From Eledone cirrhosa (taxonomy: Eukaryota), in contig OZ024758.1 in the NCBI GenBank assembly GCA_964016885.1, forward strand, positions 9,672,001 to 9,736,000: a DNA stretch of 64,000 nt, in the 5' to 3' direction. This document shows, in pieces, positions 13,957 to 27,032 of this stretch. A program made the translations under genes and the position numbers. Each line of letters starts with the position of its first letter. The stretch's first letter is position 1. The notes under the pieces are model-generated. The model did no database searches. It was given only the letters and a program-made list of their open reading frames with translations, and was not told the origin of the DNA.

Positions 13957-14300
13957 AAAGTTATGGGAAGTGAGTAAGATATTAATGAAGAAGAGGGTGT
14001 CACTGAAACTGAAGGAAAAGGTGTATGCTACGTGCGTGATAGGTGTCATTATTTATGGGAACAAATCTTGCCGAGGTTAACTTTGCCATTCATCCTTACA
14101 GGGTCGATAAAATAAAGTACCAGTAATCTACTGGTCTTGTGCCATACTATTTCATAGAATGAAATAGTATGGTAGAATATTAAATGTTAAATGTTAATTG
14201 AACAAGTACTTTCATGCTTTCGCAATCTTCAAGTTCATATTCTGTGGTGACAGTCAAGTTTGCAATTTTCAACTGCAAACTTGACTGTCACCACAGAATA

Positions 14301-14339
14301 TGAACCTGAAGATTGCGAAAGCATGAAAGTACTTGTTCA
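14301..14339 (+). ncRNA. Minimal type I hammerhead ribozyme motif (identical to 6443-6481)
   Basis: Same sequence. Antisense copy with a C3U core change at 14199-14237. Confidence 0.75.
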
Positions 14340-14812
14340 ATTAACATTTAACATTTAATATTCTACCATACTATTTCATTATAATATCATTTTAATTTTA
14401 AAGGATTGTAAATAAAACGAATAAATCAGACAAAGTTGGAATTCCTTTTATTAATATAATCTTCTATACACAATCATACACACCCGTGTATTTATATATA
14501 TATATATATATTAATATAAGTGTTTTGTTTTTCTGTACTCTGTTTATATTGTATGGTATACAGGTGAAGATTTGATTATCTTAAAAATATTTATTAAATT
14601 TTGTAACTACGTAAAGACTATGTAAGAGGTCTATTGTAGCTCTGTTTTATTACAAAACTTAAATGAATGTAATTCCTATTGTATTTGCATACATTTAATG
14701 TCAAAGTTTATATCTATATTTCTATAAAGATAATCAGTTCAACCTCCTATGCTAAGCTATATATATATGATCTTTTTCATCTTACATGTCTTCCTTATCT
14801 ATTTCTTGCTAG

Positions 14813-15351
14813 GTTTGTCAAGAACAGATGATACTCGCCTAAGTTGTCGCAGTTCAGCCAGTTCTTTGGATAGTGCTTATGACCAATACAGTTTTATACG
14901 ACCATGTTCTATGAACAATCTTCCAAGCATCTGCCATTTTTCTTACACACCAATTGAATGTGATACCGATGCCAACCACAGCCATGGTAGCGATACCTCA
15001 GATCTTGCAAGCATTTTGGAAAGAGCAGGAGTCGACTCAGATTCTGATACCTGCAGTAATTTTTCAGTGGCGGCAAGCACTGATACTCAAGAGTGTCTTT
15101 CGGTGGTTCTTTCAACGGAAGAATCTGCATGTTGCAAACCAAAAAATAATGTCGCTGATAAAGAACAATATTCTGCTGCTGCTGTTGTTGTTGTTGGTGA
15201 TGGTGATGCTGCTGCTGCAGTAGAGGATGAAAGTGGGTTTGAACTCAAGAACTGTAGTAGTAAAAGTTTAAATAAAAGCCTTTTTCCCCAGTTGGACAGT
15301 GATTCCCCCCATGAACACATCAACCAGAAAGATGAAGTCACTCGATTATGA
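14813..15351 (+). CDS. Tamalin/GRASP/CYTIP-like gene, terminal coding exon
   Basis: Pyrimidine tract plus tag acceptor, phase 1 matching the previous exon. Ser/Asp-rich tail ending EVTRL-stop, a class I PDZ-binding motif. Part of ORF 14749..15351. Confidence 0.85.
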
Positions 15352-15439
15352 ATGATGGCAAAATTTCAGAAAACAGCAGAAAGTTCTGGAATTTTTGTTT
15401 GGTTTTATTTTTCGCATCTGTTCTCTTGTTTAAAAAGTA

Positions 15440-15880
15440 CATCATCACATACACACACATGTATTATTACACTCACACACACACACACACATGTATTATT
15501 ACACTGACACACACACACTCATTACATCACACACTGACACACACACACACACACATATGTATTATTACACACACACACACACACATATGTATTATTACAC
15601 TCACACACACTCACTCATTACATCTCCACACACTGACACACACACACATGTATTATTACACTGACACACACACACATATGTATTATTACACTGACACACA
15701 CACACTCATTACATCTCCACACACTGACACACACACACGCGCGCGCACACACACATGTATTATTACACTGACACACACACACGCGCACACACACATGTAT
15801 TATTACACTGACACACACACACTCATTACATCTCCACACACTGACACACACACACATATATATATATAATTACACACACA
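15440..15880. repeat. CA-rich compound minisatellite just 3' of the PDZ gene stop codon
   Basis: Recurring atgtattattacactgacacac and tcattacatctccacacactgac units. Confidence 0.85.
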
Positions 15881-15916
15881 TAGTTAACTACCTAACATAT
15901 GTACACTGAAGGACTA

Positions 15917-16110
15917 TATAAAGGTTGGCTGAAAAGTTCATAGGTTGACCAAGATACTCTCATGGAATGACCAAATGAGGTTTATTTTTCAACTTAGTCC
16001 CTGGAAACAAACAATGCAGTTATTAATAAGAAGAGTTGAAATTAATGCATGCAAGATTTCACAACTCTAACATCACTCCTTTACAGTCAGCCTATGAACT
16101 GTTCAGCCCC
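15917..16110. mobile_element. Solo mariner-type MITE
   Basis: TIRs ggctgaaaagttcatagg / cctatgaactgttcagcc. Partial copy at 22604-22668. Confidence 0.7.
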
Positions 16111-17780
16111 CCCCCCCCCCCCATCCTCATAATTCACAGGAACAAATGATACTCAAAGGAAAATACTTGTTGATCCAACATTGAAGGTTTTGATAATAAC
16201 TTTATGTTCTGTGGGGGCGATAGAATGAAATAAGTACTCTTGGGTCCCCAATAATAGCGGAAGGGGGCAAGGGGGTTGGAAAATTTTGGTAATTTTCTAG
16301 GTTGTCTCCGTTGATTTTATTAAAAAACTAGGATTAGCCATTTAGTTTACATATTGAGACCCCAACCCATCCTATTTATTTTATATGGGATTTCTAGTAA
16401 TGTACATTTTTTGTCATATATAATATTTTTTAATGTCGCAGCAATGCTACCACTTAAAATGAAATTTCCCTGGAGATAGATTAGCAAAATTTAATAAACA
16501 GTGTGGGGGAAGGTTCTGAAAAAAATTACCGAGTGGTGGTGGTGGTCGGGGGTGGGGATTAATCAAGACCTGAGAGTATGAGCCTAGTACTGGGGATGCT
16601 ATACTCAACAGTTCTCTCCTCAATCTAAATATGTGGTTCTTCTGCCTCTTTTAGAAATCATTATTGCAAAATGCTTTGCAGCATATAGTTACATCCCTTT
16701 ATGTTCTGAGTTCAAAGCCCACTGTGATTAGCTTAGCCTTTCATCTCTACAGGGGTTGATAAAATAAAATACCAGTAACGCACTGGAGTCTATTTAATCA
16801 ACTTCCCTCCAAAACATTGTTGGCCCTGTGCTAAATCAGAAACCATTATGTTTAAACTTCATCCAATTGGTAAGATAATGATGTGCATTATTTTTCCTTA
16901 TCGCTTTCTTTTTTTTTTTTTTTTTATTATTCTGTATATACAATCACTCATCCATCATATACATACTCTTTTCACTTACACACACACTCACACAAACACA
17001 CACTGAAAGACTTGGAAAAACATGCTATCTCTCTTTGTGTTATGAAAACACCCCTAAACAATTCAAAGTATGACAGCAGTGAATGAATGTGATAAGTTTA
17101 TATTCCAATATCCAGTTTGATTTGATAAAATGAAATAAACTTATTCCTTCAGTCATCTCTCACATTATGGAATATCAAAAAACAAATCAAAACCATGTGG
17201 TTATCTCCCTTTGTTCTTTGACTATCCACACAAGAGGGCGCGATAATCACTTTTTATGACAATTATTATTTTTTTTTTAATTTTAGAAATAAAATTGTGA
17301 ATTTCTTTTAATTCCTTTGAATCATAGCATGGTATTTTTTAAACTTTTTATTTTGTGTCTTGATGTTGTGCATGCAAATGAATCGGAAGAGCAGACATTA
17401 ATCTATGGTGCTAATGTCAAAACAGTGATAACACATATATGTGTGTGTGTATTATGCCATAGAATTCCCATTTTGCTACTTTAACCCTTTATCATTTACA
17501 TTACTCTATATATTTACTATTATATTTTCATGGTAAAGGCTTTACCTCACGTAATATTGAATCTAAGATTTTGATATTATTTATTTTGAGAACAATACCT
17601 TAACATCAGTATGAGCAGCCAGTTACAGCCGGTTGGAAGAGAAAGAGGTGAGAATTCTGGCCGGATATTGCCAGTTTAAATGCTAAAGGGTTAAAGAAGA
17701 ATTCTTAATTTAAATTGATGGAATTGCCATCATGATCTCTGCTTGACTAGACCCTAAGTTTTCTAATTCTATATGTGTAA

Positions 17781-18090
17781 TCATCATCATCATCATCATC
17801 ATTTTATGTCCGCTTTTCTCTGCTTGCAAGGGTGGGACGGGAACTGATTCTGGCTTGATTTTTACAGTGAGTGCTGGGTGCTTTTTTGCCGTGGCACCTC
17901 CACGACCACTTTGCAGTGGAATGATAGGGACCCCAGTCCCTATCATCTCATTTCTACAGCTGAGTAAACTGGAGCAATGTGAAATAAAGTGTCTTGCTCA
18001 AGGAAACAACACATCACCCGGTCTCAGAATTGAACTCACAACCTTTCGATTGCAAGGCCAATGCTCTAACCACTAAGCCATGTGCCTCCA
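17781..18090 (-). mobile_element. tRNA-derived CORE-like SINE family B with RTE-type (GAT)n tail
   Basis: Reverse complement of 19819-20160, with an internal deletion. Confidence 0.85.
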
Positions 18091-18702
18091 TAATATTGAA
18101 AATCATAGACTTCTCTTTCATCCATGGCTCATAAGTGAAAATACCGTGTGATAAGGGTGTTGGACTTATGACCATCATGTTGTGTATTCCATTCCTCGGT
18201 TGTGTTACGTTCTTGAGCAAAACACTTCATTTCACGTTGCTCCAGTATGCTGGAATATGAGTACCAGCAATAGCTGGCGGTTTAATCCTGAAATGGACTG
18301 GTGTCCTATCCAGGAGAAGTTTTGTACTCTCAGTCGCTTTTCACCACATAAACTAGGATAAGTACTGGCCTATTGATCCCCCGAGCTTCAAACAGACGTT
18401 AGACTTAGATAACATTTAGAAATTAAAAGCACTACTGGAAAAACAATGCGAGCTAAATGTATTTATGAGCTAGATTATACAATGTAAGTATTAATGATAG
18501 TGATAATAAACTAGAATGGTATATACTAAAGGCCCCAGATAAATCCATATTTTCTAAATGCTGTAATGAATGTTTTGTTTAGATAACAACTTCAAAATAA
18601 AAGGCCTGTTAAAACTCTGATAAACATTGGAATGTATAAAATCAATAAAATGTCCATAAACAGTACCCAAGTATACATATATATATATATATATATAGAT
18701 GA

Positions 18703-18803
18703 GATTCTACAGGACTAGAACTGTTTCATTCATTAGAAATCATCAGGAATCTCTGATTCCTGATGATTTCTAATGAATGAAACAGTTCTAGTCCTGTAGA
18801 ATC
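18703..18803. ncRNA. Back-to-back hammerhead motifs (18703-18751 on -, 18755-18803 on +)
   Basis: Perfect inverted repeat with a 3-nt loop. Each arm is GATTC CTGATGA TTTCTAATGAAT GAAA CAG TTCTAGTC CTG TA GAATC. Confidence 0.72.
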
Positions 18804-18887
18804 TCATCTATATTAAAACTGTTATACTCTGCTATGTATTGAGTACCTTACTTACTGTGGTTACCTCCGATTCAACCCGGAATAACG

Positions 18888-18949
<62 letters not shown>

Positions 18950-18988
18950 CACATATATATATATATACACACATATATATATATATAT

Positions 18989-19039
<51 letters not shown>

Positions 19040-19126
19040 GGGTGTCCCCCAAAAATGTATACACACTTCAACAGCATTCTAATCAAAGTATGTATACATT
19101 TTGGGGGGAGTATATGTGTATATGCA

Positions 19127-19170
<44 letters not shown>

Positions 19171-19818
19171 CGTGGGTGTATGTACATATATATATTTAGG
19201 TTTATGTATGTTCATATATAAATGTGTCTGTTTGTATATATATGCATGTTTATATATATATATATATATGTGTATGTATGTATAACTTTGATAACTTTCG
19301 GCCACTATTCACCGAGGCCATGTCTAACTTAATAACACCACATATGTATATATATATATATATATATGTGTATACATGTATATGTATATATGTGTATACA
19401 TGTATATGTATATATGTGTATACATGTATATGTATATATGTGTATACATGTATGTGTATATATGTGTATAAATGTATATGTATATATGCATGTATATGTA
19501 TATATGCATGTATATGTATATATGCATGTATATGTATATATGTATATATGCATGTATATGTATATATGTATATATGCATGTATATATGTATATATGCATG
19601 TATATATGTATATATGCATGTATATATGTATATATGCATGTATATGTATATATGTATATATGCATGTATATATATATATATGTGTATACATGTATTGCGT
19701 CCCAACATAACTTAATAGTCAGGAATAGACGTACTTGCCGGCAGAGGAATACTTTGAGGAGAAGATTATGGAAGTTGAAGAACCCCACAGCCAGTAACAA
19801 ATTTAAGGGCATATTATG

Positions 19819-20160
19819 GAGGCACATGGCTTAGTGGTTAGAGCATTGACCTTGCAATCGAAAGGTTGTGAGTTCAATTCTCAGACCGGGCGATGTGTTG
19901 TTTCCTTGAGCAAGAAACTTTATTTCACATTGCTCCAGTTTACTCAGCTGTAGAAATGAGATGATAGGGACTGGGGTCCCTATCATTCCACTGCAAAGTG
20001 GTCGTGGAGGTGCCACGGAAAAAAAGCACCCAGCACTCACTGTAAATGAGGTTGGTGTTAGGAAGGGCATCCAGCTGTAGAAATCAAGCCAGAATCAGTT
20101 CCCGTCCCACCCTTGCAAGCAGGGAAAAAGCGGACGTAAAACGATGATGATGATGATGAT
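19819..20160 (+). mobile_element. tRNA-derived CORE-like SINE family B with RTE-type (GAT)n tail
   Basis: tggcttagtgg A box, gagttcaattc B box, ccttgagcaag..ctcagctgtagaaatgag core, and tail gttaggaagggcatccagc...ggacgtaaaacgatgatgat. Confidence 0.85.
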
Positions 20161-20161
20161 T

Positions 20162-21570
20162 ACTTGAGGCTTTCGACAGTAAAGGAAGAGCAATTAGAGA
20201 CATACAATATAGAGGAACAGTGGGAATTCCTGAAAGTTAACCTGTTGAAGGCAACTGATGAAATTTGTGGTTGGAGCAGACTGTTAGGCAGGAGGAGAGT
20301 GACATGGTGGTGGAATGGTAAGGTGGAGGAATCCATCAAGGGCAAAAAGCAGGCTTGGAAAGAATGTCAGGATGGGGGGGGGGAGCGGTAGTAGAGAACT
20401 CTATCAGGTGACTAGGAGAGAAGCTAGACAACAAGTATACTTTGCAAAGAGGGAAGCAGAGGATAGTAAGTTCAAGCATATTCTACAACGTGAGGACCAA
20501 AAACGTGAGGTGTTCAGGATTGTGAGGCAATGTGTCAAGGAGAGTTGTGATATTGTTGGGGAGACGTGTGTCCGTAATGACGATGGTATACTTGCCCTCA
20601 CTGATACCAATAAGAAGGTAGCTTGGAGGTGTCACTACGAGAGACTACTGAATGGATAGTTGGCCCCACTTTGATCCAACAGAAGGACCAGCTGTGAAAC
20701 TTAATGGTAGTATAGTAAGTAAGGCAATCAGAGATATGAAGATAAGCAAAGCAGCTGGGCCTTTGGGCATTGTTGCTGGAATGGTGGGACACACTATGGT
20801 CACCTGGATAATAAACCAAGTAATACAGAATGGGGTCATACCTAAGGACTGCTACAAGGGTAAAGGAGATGCTCTAGATAGGGGAAACTATAGAGGCATT
20901 AAGTTAGTTGACCAGGTCATGAGAGTCACAGAAAGAGTTACTACTCAACTGATTAGAGACCGAATTGATCTAGATGAAATGCAGTTTGGGTTTGTGTTAG
21001 GTAAAAATACCACAGATGCTCTTTTCCTTGTACGACAACTACAGCAGAAGTAAACCCCCTCTACTTAGCTTTTGTTGACTTGGGGAAAGCCTTTGACAGA
21101 GTCCCACACACCTTAATCTGGTGGACTCTTAGAAAACTAGGTGTAGATGAGTGGATTGTGAGAGCTATACAAGCCATGTATAGAGGAACAGTCAGCAAGG
21201 TTAGCATTAACAATGAATATAGTGAAGAATTTAGTGTAATAGTAGGGGTTCACCAGGGCTCTGTCCTTAGCCCTCTCCTGTTTATTATTGTCCTACAGGC
21301 TATAACAGACTGGCTGTCAATGGTAACCTCTATATGAAGATGATCTAACTCTCATAGCTGAATCTATGGCTGAACTAGAGAAGAAATTCCAAACATGGAA
21401 GCTTGGCCTAGAATCAAAAGACCTTAGAGTTAACTTGTCTAGGACTAAAAGTTCTAGTATGTAGAAAGGAGAATAGGACACAGGTGCCCTCTGGGAAATG
21501 GCTATGCTCAGTGTGTAAGAAGGGAGTATGTAGAAATTCTATTCTGTGCCCCAAATGCAAACTATGGGAT
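20162..21570 (+). mobile_element. Decayed RTE-clade LINE (RT region)
   Basis: Fragmented frames with NYRGIKL, QFGF, KAFDRVP and GVHQGSVLSPLLF. YADD is changed to YEDD. Downstream Cys cluster WLCSVCKKGV..NSILCPKCKLW. Confidence 0.9.
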
Positions 21571-22695
21571 GAAAGGCCAAGTTGACTTAAGTCTAATTTG
21601 AACTTTGAACACAAAGAACCAGCATACATACCACTAGACATTTGTGCATCGCTCAAATGGTTCTATCAAACAGCCACTTGAAAAGTTCTTTCATTGCTAG
21701 TCACACTATTAAAAGTTACTTCCCTTGGATGAGTTATGTCCCATACAGAACTTAAATTGTTCCGGAAAGCCGTTCAACACCCTTTTTCTTCATATTGTCA
21801 TTTTTATAGAAAATAAGATATGGCTGGTCAGTTTGGAATACTTTTGAACAGAATTTTGACAATAATGTTCTCTGAACTATCAAAGGAGCGTTACTCTTGA
21901 AATAGTTTTCACGTCTCAGGGAACCCCTGCTTAAAAGATTATTATATACCATTATTAATATCTATCCCTTTTAGCTTATTTATCATGTTTTTTTTGCGAA
22001 AAGCCCTAGCAACCTCTTACGGAACTCTAGGGCTCCAAACAACACCTGTTGAGAAATGCTGTTCTATATAGTCATGCCAGAAACAGCAGTCAAATCTTCC
22101 TTAAAACCCTATCCAACTGCTAGCGAAGCTGGGGTGGCCAAGAGGGTCAGTCAGGCAGCACATTTGGTCTACTGCAGGTGAGTTCAATTCCTAGGCTGGG
22201 CGGCACGTTGTGTACTTGAGTAAGACATTTTATTTCACGTTGTTCCAGTCCCCTCAGCTGAAAAAAAATGAGTTGTGATGACACCATTGTCAGGCTGTAC
22301 AGGACATTGCCTTTCCCTTGGATAACATCAGTGGCATGGAGAGTCTTCCACAGAACACCTTGCCAAAACTTGCAGCCTGGGAAGAAACTTTCCAGGTGCA
22401 GCCCCATGGTCATCCACATCAGAAGATGATCCTCTGCCTCCTCCTTTGCTTCATCCTTTCACCATCCTCCTTCTCCTCCCTCTCTTTCCTTATCCTCCTT
22501 ATCCTCACAATGACTCTCTCTCCCTTATCCTCTTCAATGAAAACCCAAAAGCAGTTTTAAAAAAATCTAGCAATGCTACAGCACCCAACCAAAGATATGA
22601 TGTATACGAGGTCGACTGAAAAAGTCATAGGCTGACCAAGATACTCTCATGGAATGACCAAATGACCAAATATATATATATATATATATAGAGTC

Positions 22696-22836
22696 TATCA
22701 AAGTTCTTTCATCACACACCTGTAACATCATCAGTGGTACTATTATATTTCCTCTTGTTGTATTGTAATGTCTTAACACATTTTGTTTCAACACACGATT
22801 TCATATCAAAAATCTTGCAAAACAAATTCATCGCCG

Positions 22837-22868
<32 letters not shown>

Positions 22869-22911
22869 ATCAAAGTTCTTTCATCACACACCTGTAACAT
22901 CATCAGTGGTA
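22696..22911 (-). ncRNA. Two tandem minimal hammerhead motifs (22696-22739 and 22868-22911)
   Basis: Minus strand: TACCA CTGATGA T GTTACA-GGTG-TGTGAT GAAA GAAC TT TGATA. One mismatch in stem I. 172-bp period. Confidence 0.6.
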
Positions 22912-23005
22912 CTATTATATTTCCTCTTGTATTGTAATGTCTTAACACATTTTGTTTCAACACACGATTTCATATCAAAAATCTTGCAAAACAAATTCAC
23001 CGCCG

Positions 23006-23045
<40 letters not shown>

Positions 23046-23625
23046 AATAATAAGTTGACGGGACTAGCATGAGTTTCAATGCTAGTACTGGTTGCATCCC
23101 AGCGTATTCAATAGGCAATCTTATATAAAATCCCAAAGTAGACACAGAGTTATTTGCTTCAATACAACACACGTAAATGGGTACCTCCAATCTATACCCT
23201 AAAATTCTTTCTGCATTTTAAATAGTTTTCATACATACATAGTGTTTACTTTTTACGTGAAGATGTGTTTGTGAACACGGCACTAAAGGCAAATTCGCGT
23301 ACTTAAAGTCTATATTTCTGATATATAAAAAAATTAAAAACCTCGCGCGTAATAGTGCATTATTCGCGCAAAGTGAATATTTAATATTTTTCAAGAAGCC
23401 TTAAAGCAGATTTGTGTACTTCAAGTTCACGTAAAAAGTGAACAGACTGTATATTGCATCACTTGGGACAATTTTGTACAGCTGCTGATGATGTGAATGG
23501 TATCTTCCACACTTGGTATCCCTGACATCCTTAACCCCAGCCCTAACTCTAACTTTAGCCCTAAATTGAGCCCTGACTCTAATCCTAATCCTATACTTGA
23601 CATTAATCCTAACACCAACCTTAAT

Positions 23626-23817
23626 AATAATTGTTTCTACTATTGGCACAAGGCCAGAAATTACCCAGTACATTACTGGTACTTTATTTTATCGACCCCG
23701 TAAGGATGAAAGGCAAAGTTAACCTCGGCGGGATTTGAACTCAGAATGGCAAGGGCCGTAACTCTATGCGTCAAAGCATGGCGTCCGACCCTCTACCGAT
23801 ACTGCCAATCCACCGCC
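23626..23817 (-). mobile_element. SINE family A
   Basis: Full copy with direct repeat ccaaccttaataataat at both ends. Confidence 0.85.
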
Positions 23818-24287
23818 AACCTTAATAATAATGCTAACACTAAACTTAATAATAATGCTAGCCTTAGACCTAACTTTAACTCTAACCCTAACACTAAATC
23901 TAACCCTATCTTAAACCTTATCTCTAACCAATCTAACCAATCTAATGTATATTATAAGGACTGTAAGCTTTAATTGTTAACATAGTGTGGCCAAATGGTT
24001 AAGGAGTTTGCTTCACAATCTTTAGGTCCTTGGTTTGATCCCACTGCATGGTATCTTGGGAAAGTATTGTTTAATATAGCCTCAGGTTAACCCATGCCTG
24101 AATCCTAACCAAGGTCAGCCTGAATCCTTGTCATGCTAAATCTCTTTGAGAAACATATTATATATTATATACACATGTCTGTGAAATGGTCAGCCAGTTA
24201 ACTTCTTGAGCAGGCTTTCCATTGATTAAACAACTCGATCACTCATGATTGAAACTGATGGAAATCAATACCAGTATATTATTTGCA

Positions 24288-24477
24288 GGGCGGTGGATTG
24301 GCAGTATCGGTAGAGGGTCGGACGCCAAGCTTTCCAGCATAGTTACATCCCTTTACGATCTGAGTTCAAATCCCGCCAAGGTTGACTTTTCCTTTCATCC
24401 TTACGGGGTCGATAAAATAAAGTACCAGTAATGCACTGGGTAATTGCTGGCCTTGTGCCTAAAGTAGAAACAATTAT
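24288..24477 (+). mobile_element. SINE family A
   Basis: Full copy. TSD attatttgcag. Confidence 0.85.
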
Positions 24478-24659
24478 TTGCAGTAGATTTGGCTGTTATT
24501 TCTAGCAACTCATACACTCTGTCATTGGTTTATCATTTCATAACACATGTTACACTTTAGCTTTACTGCATTATGATTGCTAATGCACCAGAATACTGCA
24601 ATATTTATTAACGTGCTGCATCTAACTGAATGACAAGTATCTTGCGTGTGTTTAGAAAA

Positions 24660-24876
24660 ATAATGGTTTCTGATTTAGGCACAAGGCCAACAATTTGAAG
24701 GGAAAGTCGGTTAAATCATCCCCAATACATTACTGGTACTTTATTTTATCGACCCCGCAAGGATGAAAGGCAAAGTTAACCTCGGCGGGATTTGAACTCG
24801 GAACGTAAAGGGGTGTAACCCTATGCCATGAAGCATGGTGTCCAATGCTCTACCGTTTCTGCCAATCCACCACCCT
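24660..24876 (-). mobile_element. SINE family A
   Basis: Full copy. TSD tgtgtttagaaaaataa. Confidence 0.85.
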
Positions 24877-25284
24877 GTGTTTAGAAAAATAAAGATCAAA
24901 ATTAACATCAATAAAAAAAACTATAAATTCTAAGCTGATAAGATTTGCTGTAATATTTGCTGAAAGAGAGAAAATATGAGTCGATGTTGTTGAAATATGG
25001 CGTATTTGATACTATGTATGATATCAGAGATTTGGACATCTGCAGTAAGATAACTGTTAAAACAAACATAGGCTCCGTACATACATCATCATCAATATAT
25101 ACATATGCTTACATACATACATATATATATATATACATATATATACATACATACATACATCAACTCATACATACATATATACATACATATATATATACAT
25201 ACATACATACATCAACTCATACATACATATTATACATACATACACACATGCATACATACATAGATACATACATACACACATTAG

Positions 25285-26020
25285 ATAATAGTAGACTATA
25301 GTAGCAGGCTATAGTAGCAGGCTATAATAGTAGGCTATAGTAGTAGGCTATAGTAGTAGGCTATAATAGCAGACTATAGTAGCAGACTATAGTAGCAGGC
25401 TATAGTAACAGACTATAGTAGTAGACTACAGTAACAGACTATAGTAGCAGACTATAGTAGCAGGCTATAGTAGCAGGCTATAGTAGCAGGCTATAATAGT
25501 AGGCTATAGTAGTAGGCTATAGTAGTAGGCTATAATAGCAGACTATAGTAGCAGACTATAGTAGCAGACTATAGTAACAGACTATAGTAGCAGGCTATAG
25601 TAGCAGGCTATAATAGTAGGCTATAGTAGTAGACTATAGTAGTAGGCTATAGTAGTAGGCTATAGTAGACTATAATAGCAGGCTATAGTAGCAGGCTATA
25701 GTAGCAGGCTATAGTAGCAGGCTATAGTAGTAGAGATAATAGTAGACTATAGTAGCAGACTATATTAGTAGACTATAGTAGTAGACTATAGTAACAGACT
25801 ATAGTAACAGACAATAGTAGCAGACTATAGTAGTAGACTATAGTAGTAGGCTATAGTAGACTATAGTCTGCTACTATAGTAACAGACTATAGTAGTAGAC
25901 TGTAGTAGTAGACTATAGTAGCAGAGATAATAGTAGACCATAGTAGCAGGCTATAGTAGACTATAGAAGCAGACTATAGTAGACTATAGTAGTACACTAT
26001 AGTAACAGACTATAGTAACA
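25285..26020. repeat. 13-bp minisatellite (over 50 copies)
   Basis: Unit g(a/g)ctatagtag(c/t)a, with a short internal inversion near 25860-25880. Confidence 0.92.
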
Positions 26021-26304
26021 TCTGGCAAACTATCAAATACCTATGTAAAATATCTAGGCTAATGAAACGCAAAGATAGTCTACAGAAGTTGATGGATGCA
26101 ATAACTGAATCTAACCAATCAAGTTACATTCCATTTTCCATTAAAACCATTTAAATGGTGCAGTATAGATTTAATGTTTAATATGAAAATATACACAGAA
26201 ATCAACATATGGAAGAAGAGGGAGAGAAGAACTGTTTATAACTGTAATTTAGAACTCAAAACTATTGTGATACACATGCACACAAATACTCATGGAATAT
26301 GTAT

Positions 26305-26595
26305 ATCATCATCATCATTTATCATCATTTCATTTTACGTCTGCTTTTTCCCTGCTTGCAAGGGTGGGACGGGAACTGATTCTGGCTTGATTTCTACAGC
26401 TGGATGCCCTTCCTAACACCAACCTCATTTACAGTGAGTGCTGGGTGCTTTTTTTTTTTTGCCGTAGCACCTCCACGACCACTTTGCAGTGGAATGATAT
26501 GGACCCCAGACCCTATCATCTCAGTTCTACAGCTGAGTAAACTGGAGCAATGTGAAATAAAGTGTCTTGCTCAAGGAAACAACACATCACCCAGT
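26305..26595 (-). mobile_element. SINE family B, head missing (abuts a fold-back element)
   Basis: Matches 19819-20160 apart from the tRNA head. Confidence 0.8.
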
Positions 26596-26754
26596 CAAGC
26601 TGTTTCGACAGCTATTTCTGTCCAGAAATAGCTGCCGAAACGGCTTGAGCTCTGCCATCGGGGTTAAACATTTTCCTATTACTTACTCTACTATCCTAAG
26701 TATTGAGTACTCTGTTGCGTTATGGTCCATCTGGTTCCTTACCACACTTCCTTC

Positions 26755-26833
<79 letters not shown>

Positions 26834-27032
26834 AGTAAGTATGTTTTGAAACAGTGAGCAGGTTTGAAATTAGAAAATAGAATAGCTTTCACCGTATTTT
26901 TGACTAAAGGAATGTTAGCTTGATAATGGGGTTTAGAACCCTCAGATCAATACTCATCTTTTTCCATTTATCTGAGGGTGCTAAACCCCATTATCAGGCT
27001 AAAATTCCTTTAGTAAAAAATATGGTGAAAGC

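Noticed and set aside
19819-19890. tRNA gene
   Set aside because: The tRNA-like head continues into a SINE core and tail in multiple copies and lacks a proper acceptor stem.
23530-23945. Telomeric array
   Set aside because: Highly degenerate cctaac-like hexamers, more like the simple repeats found in Helitron/Helentron-type elements.
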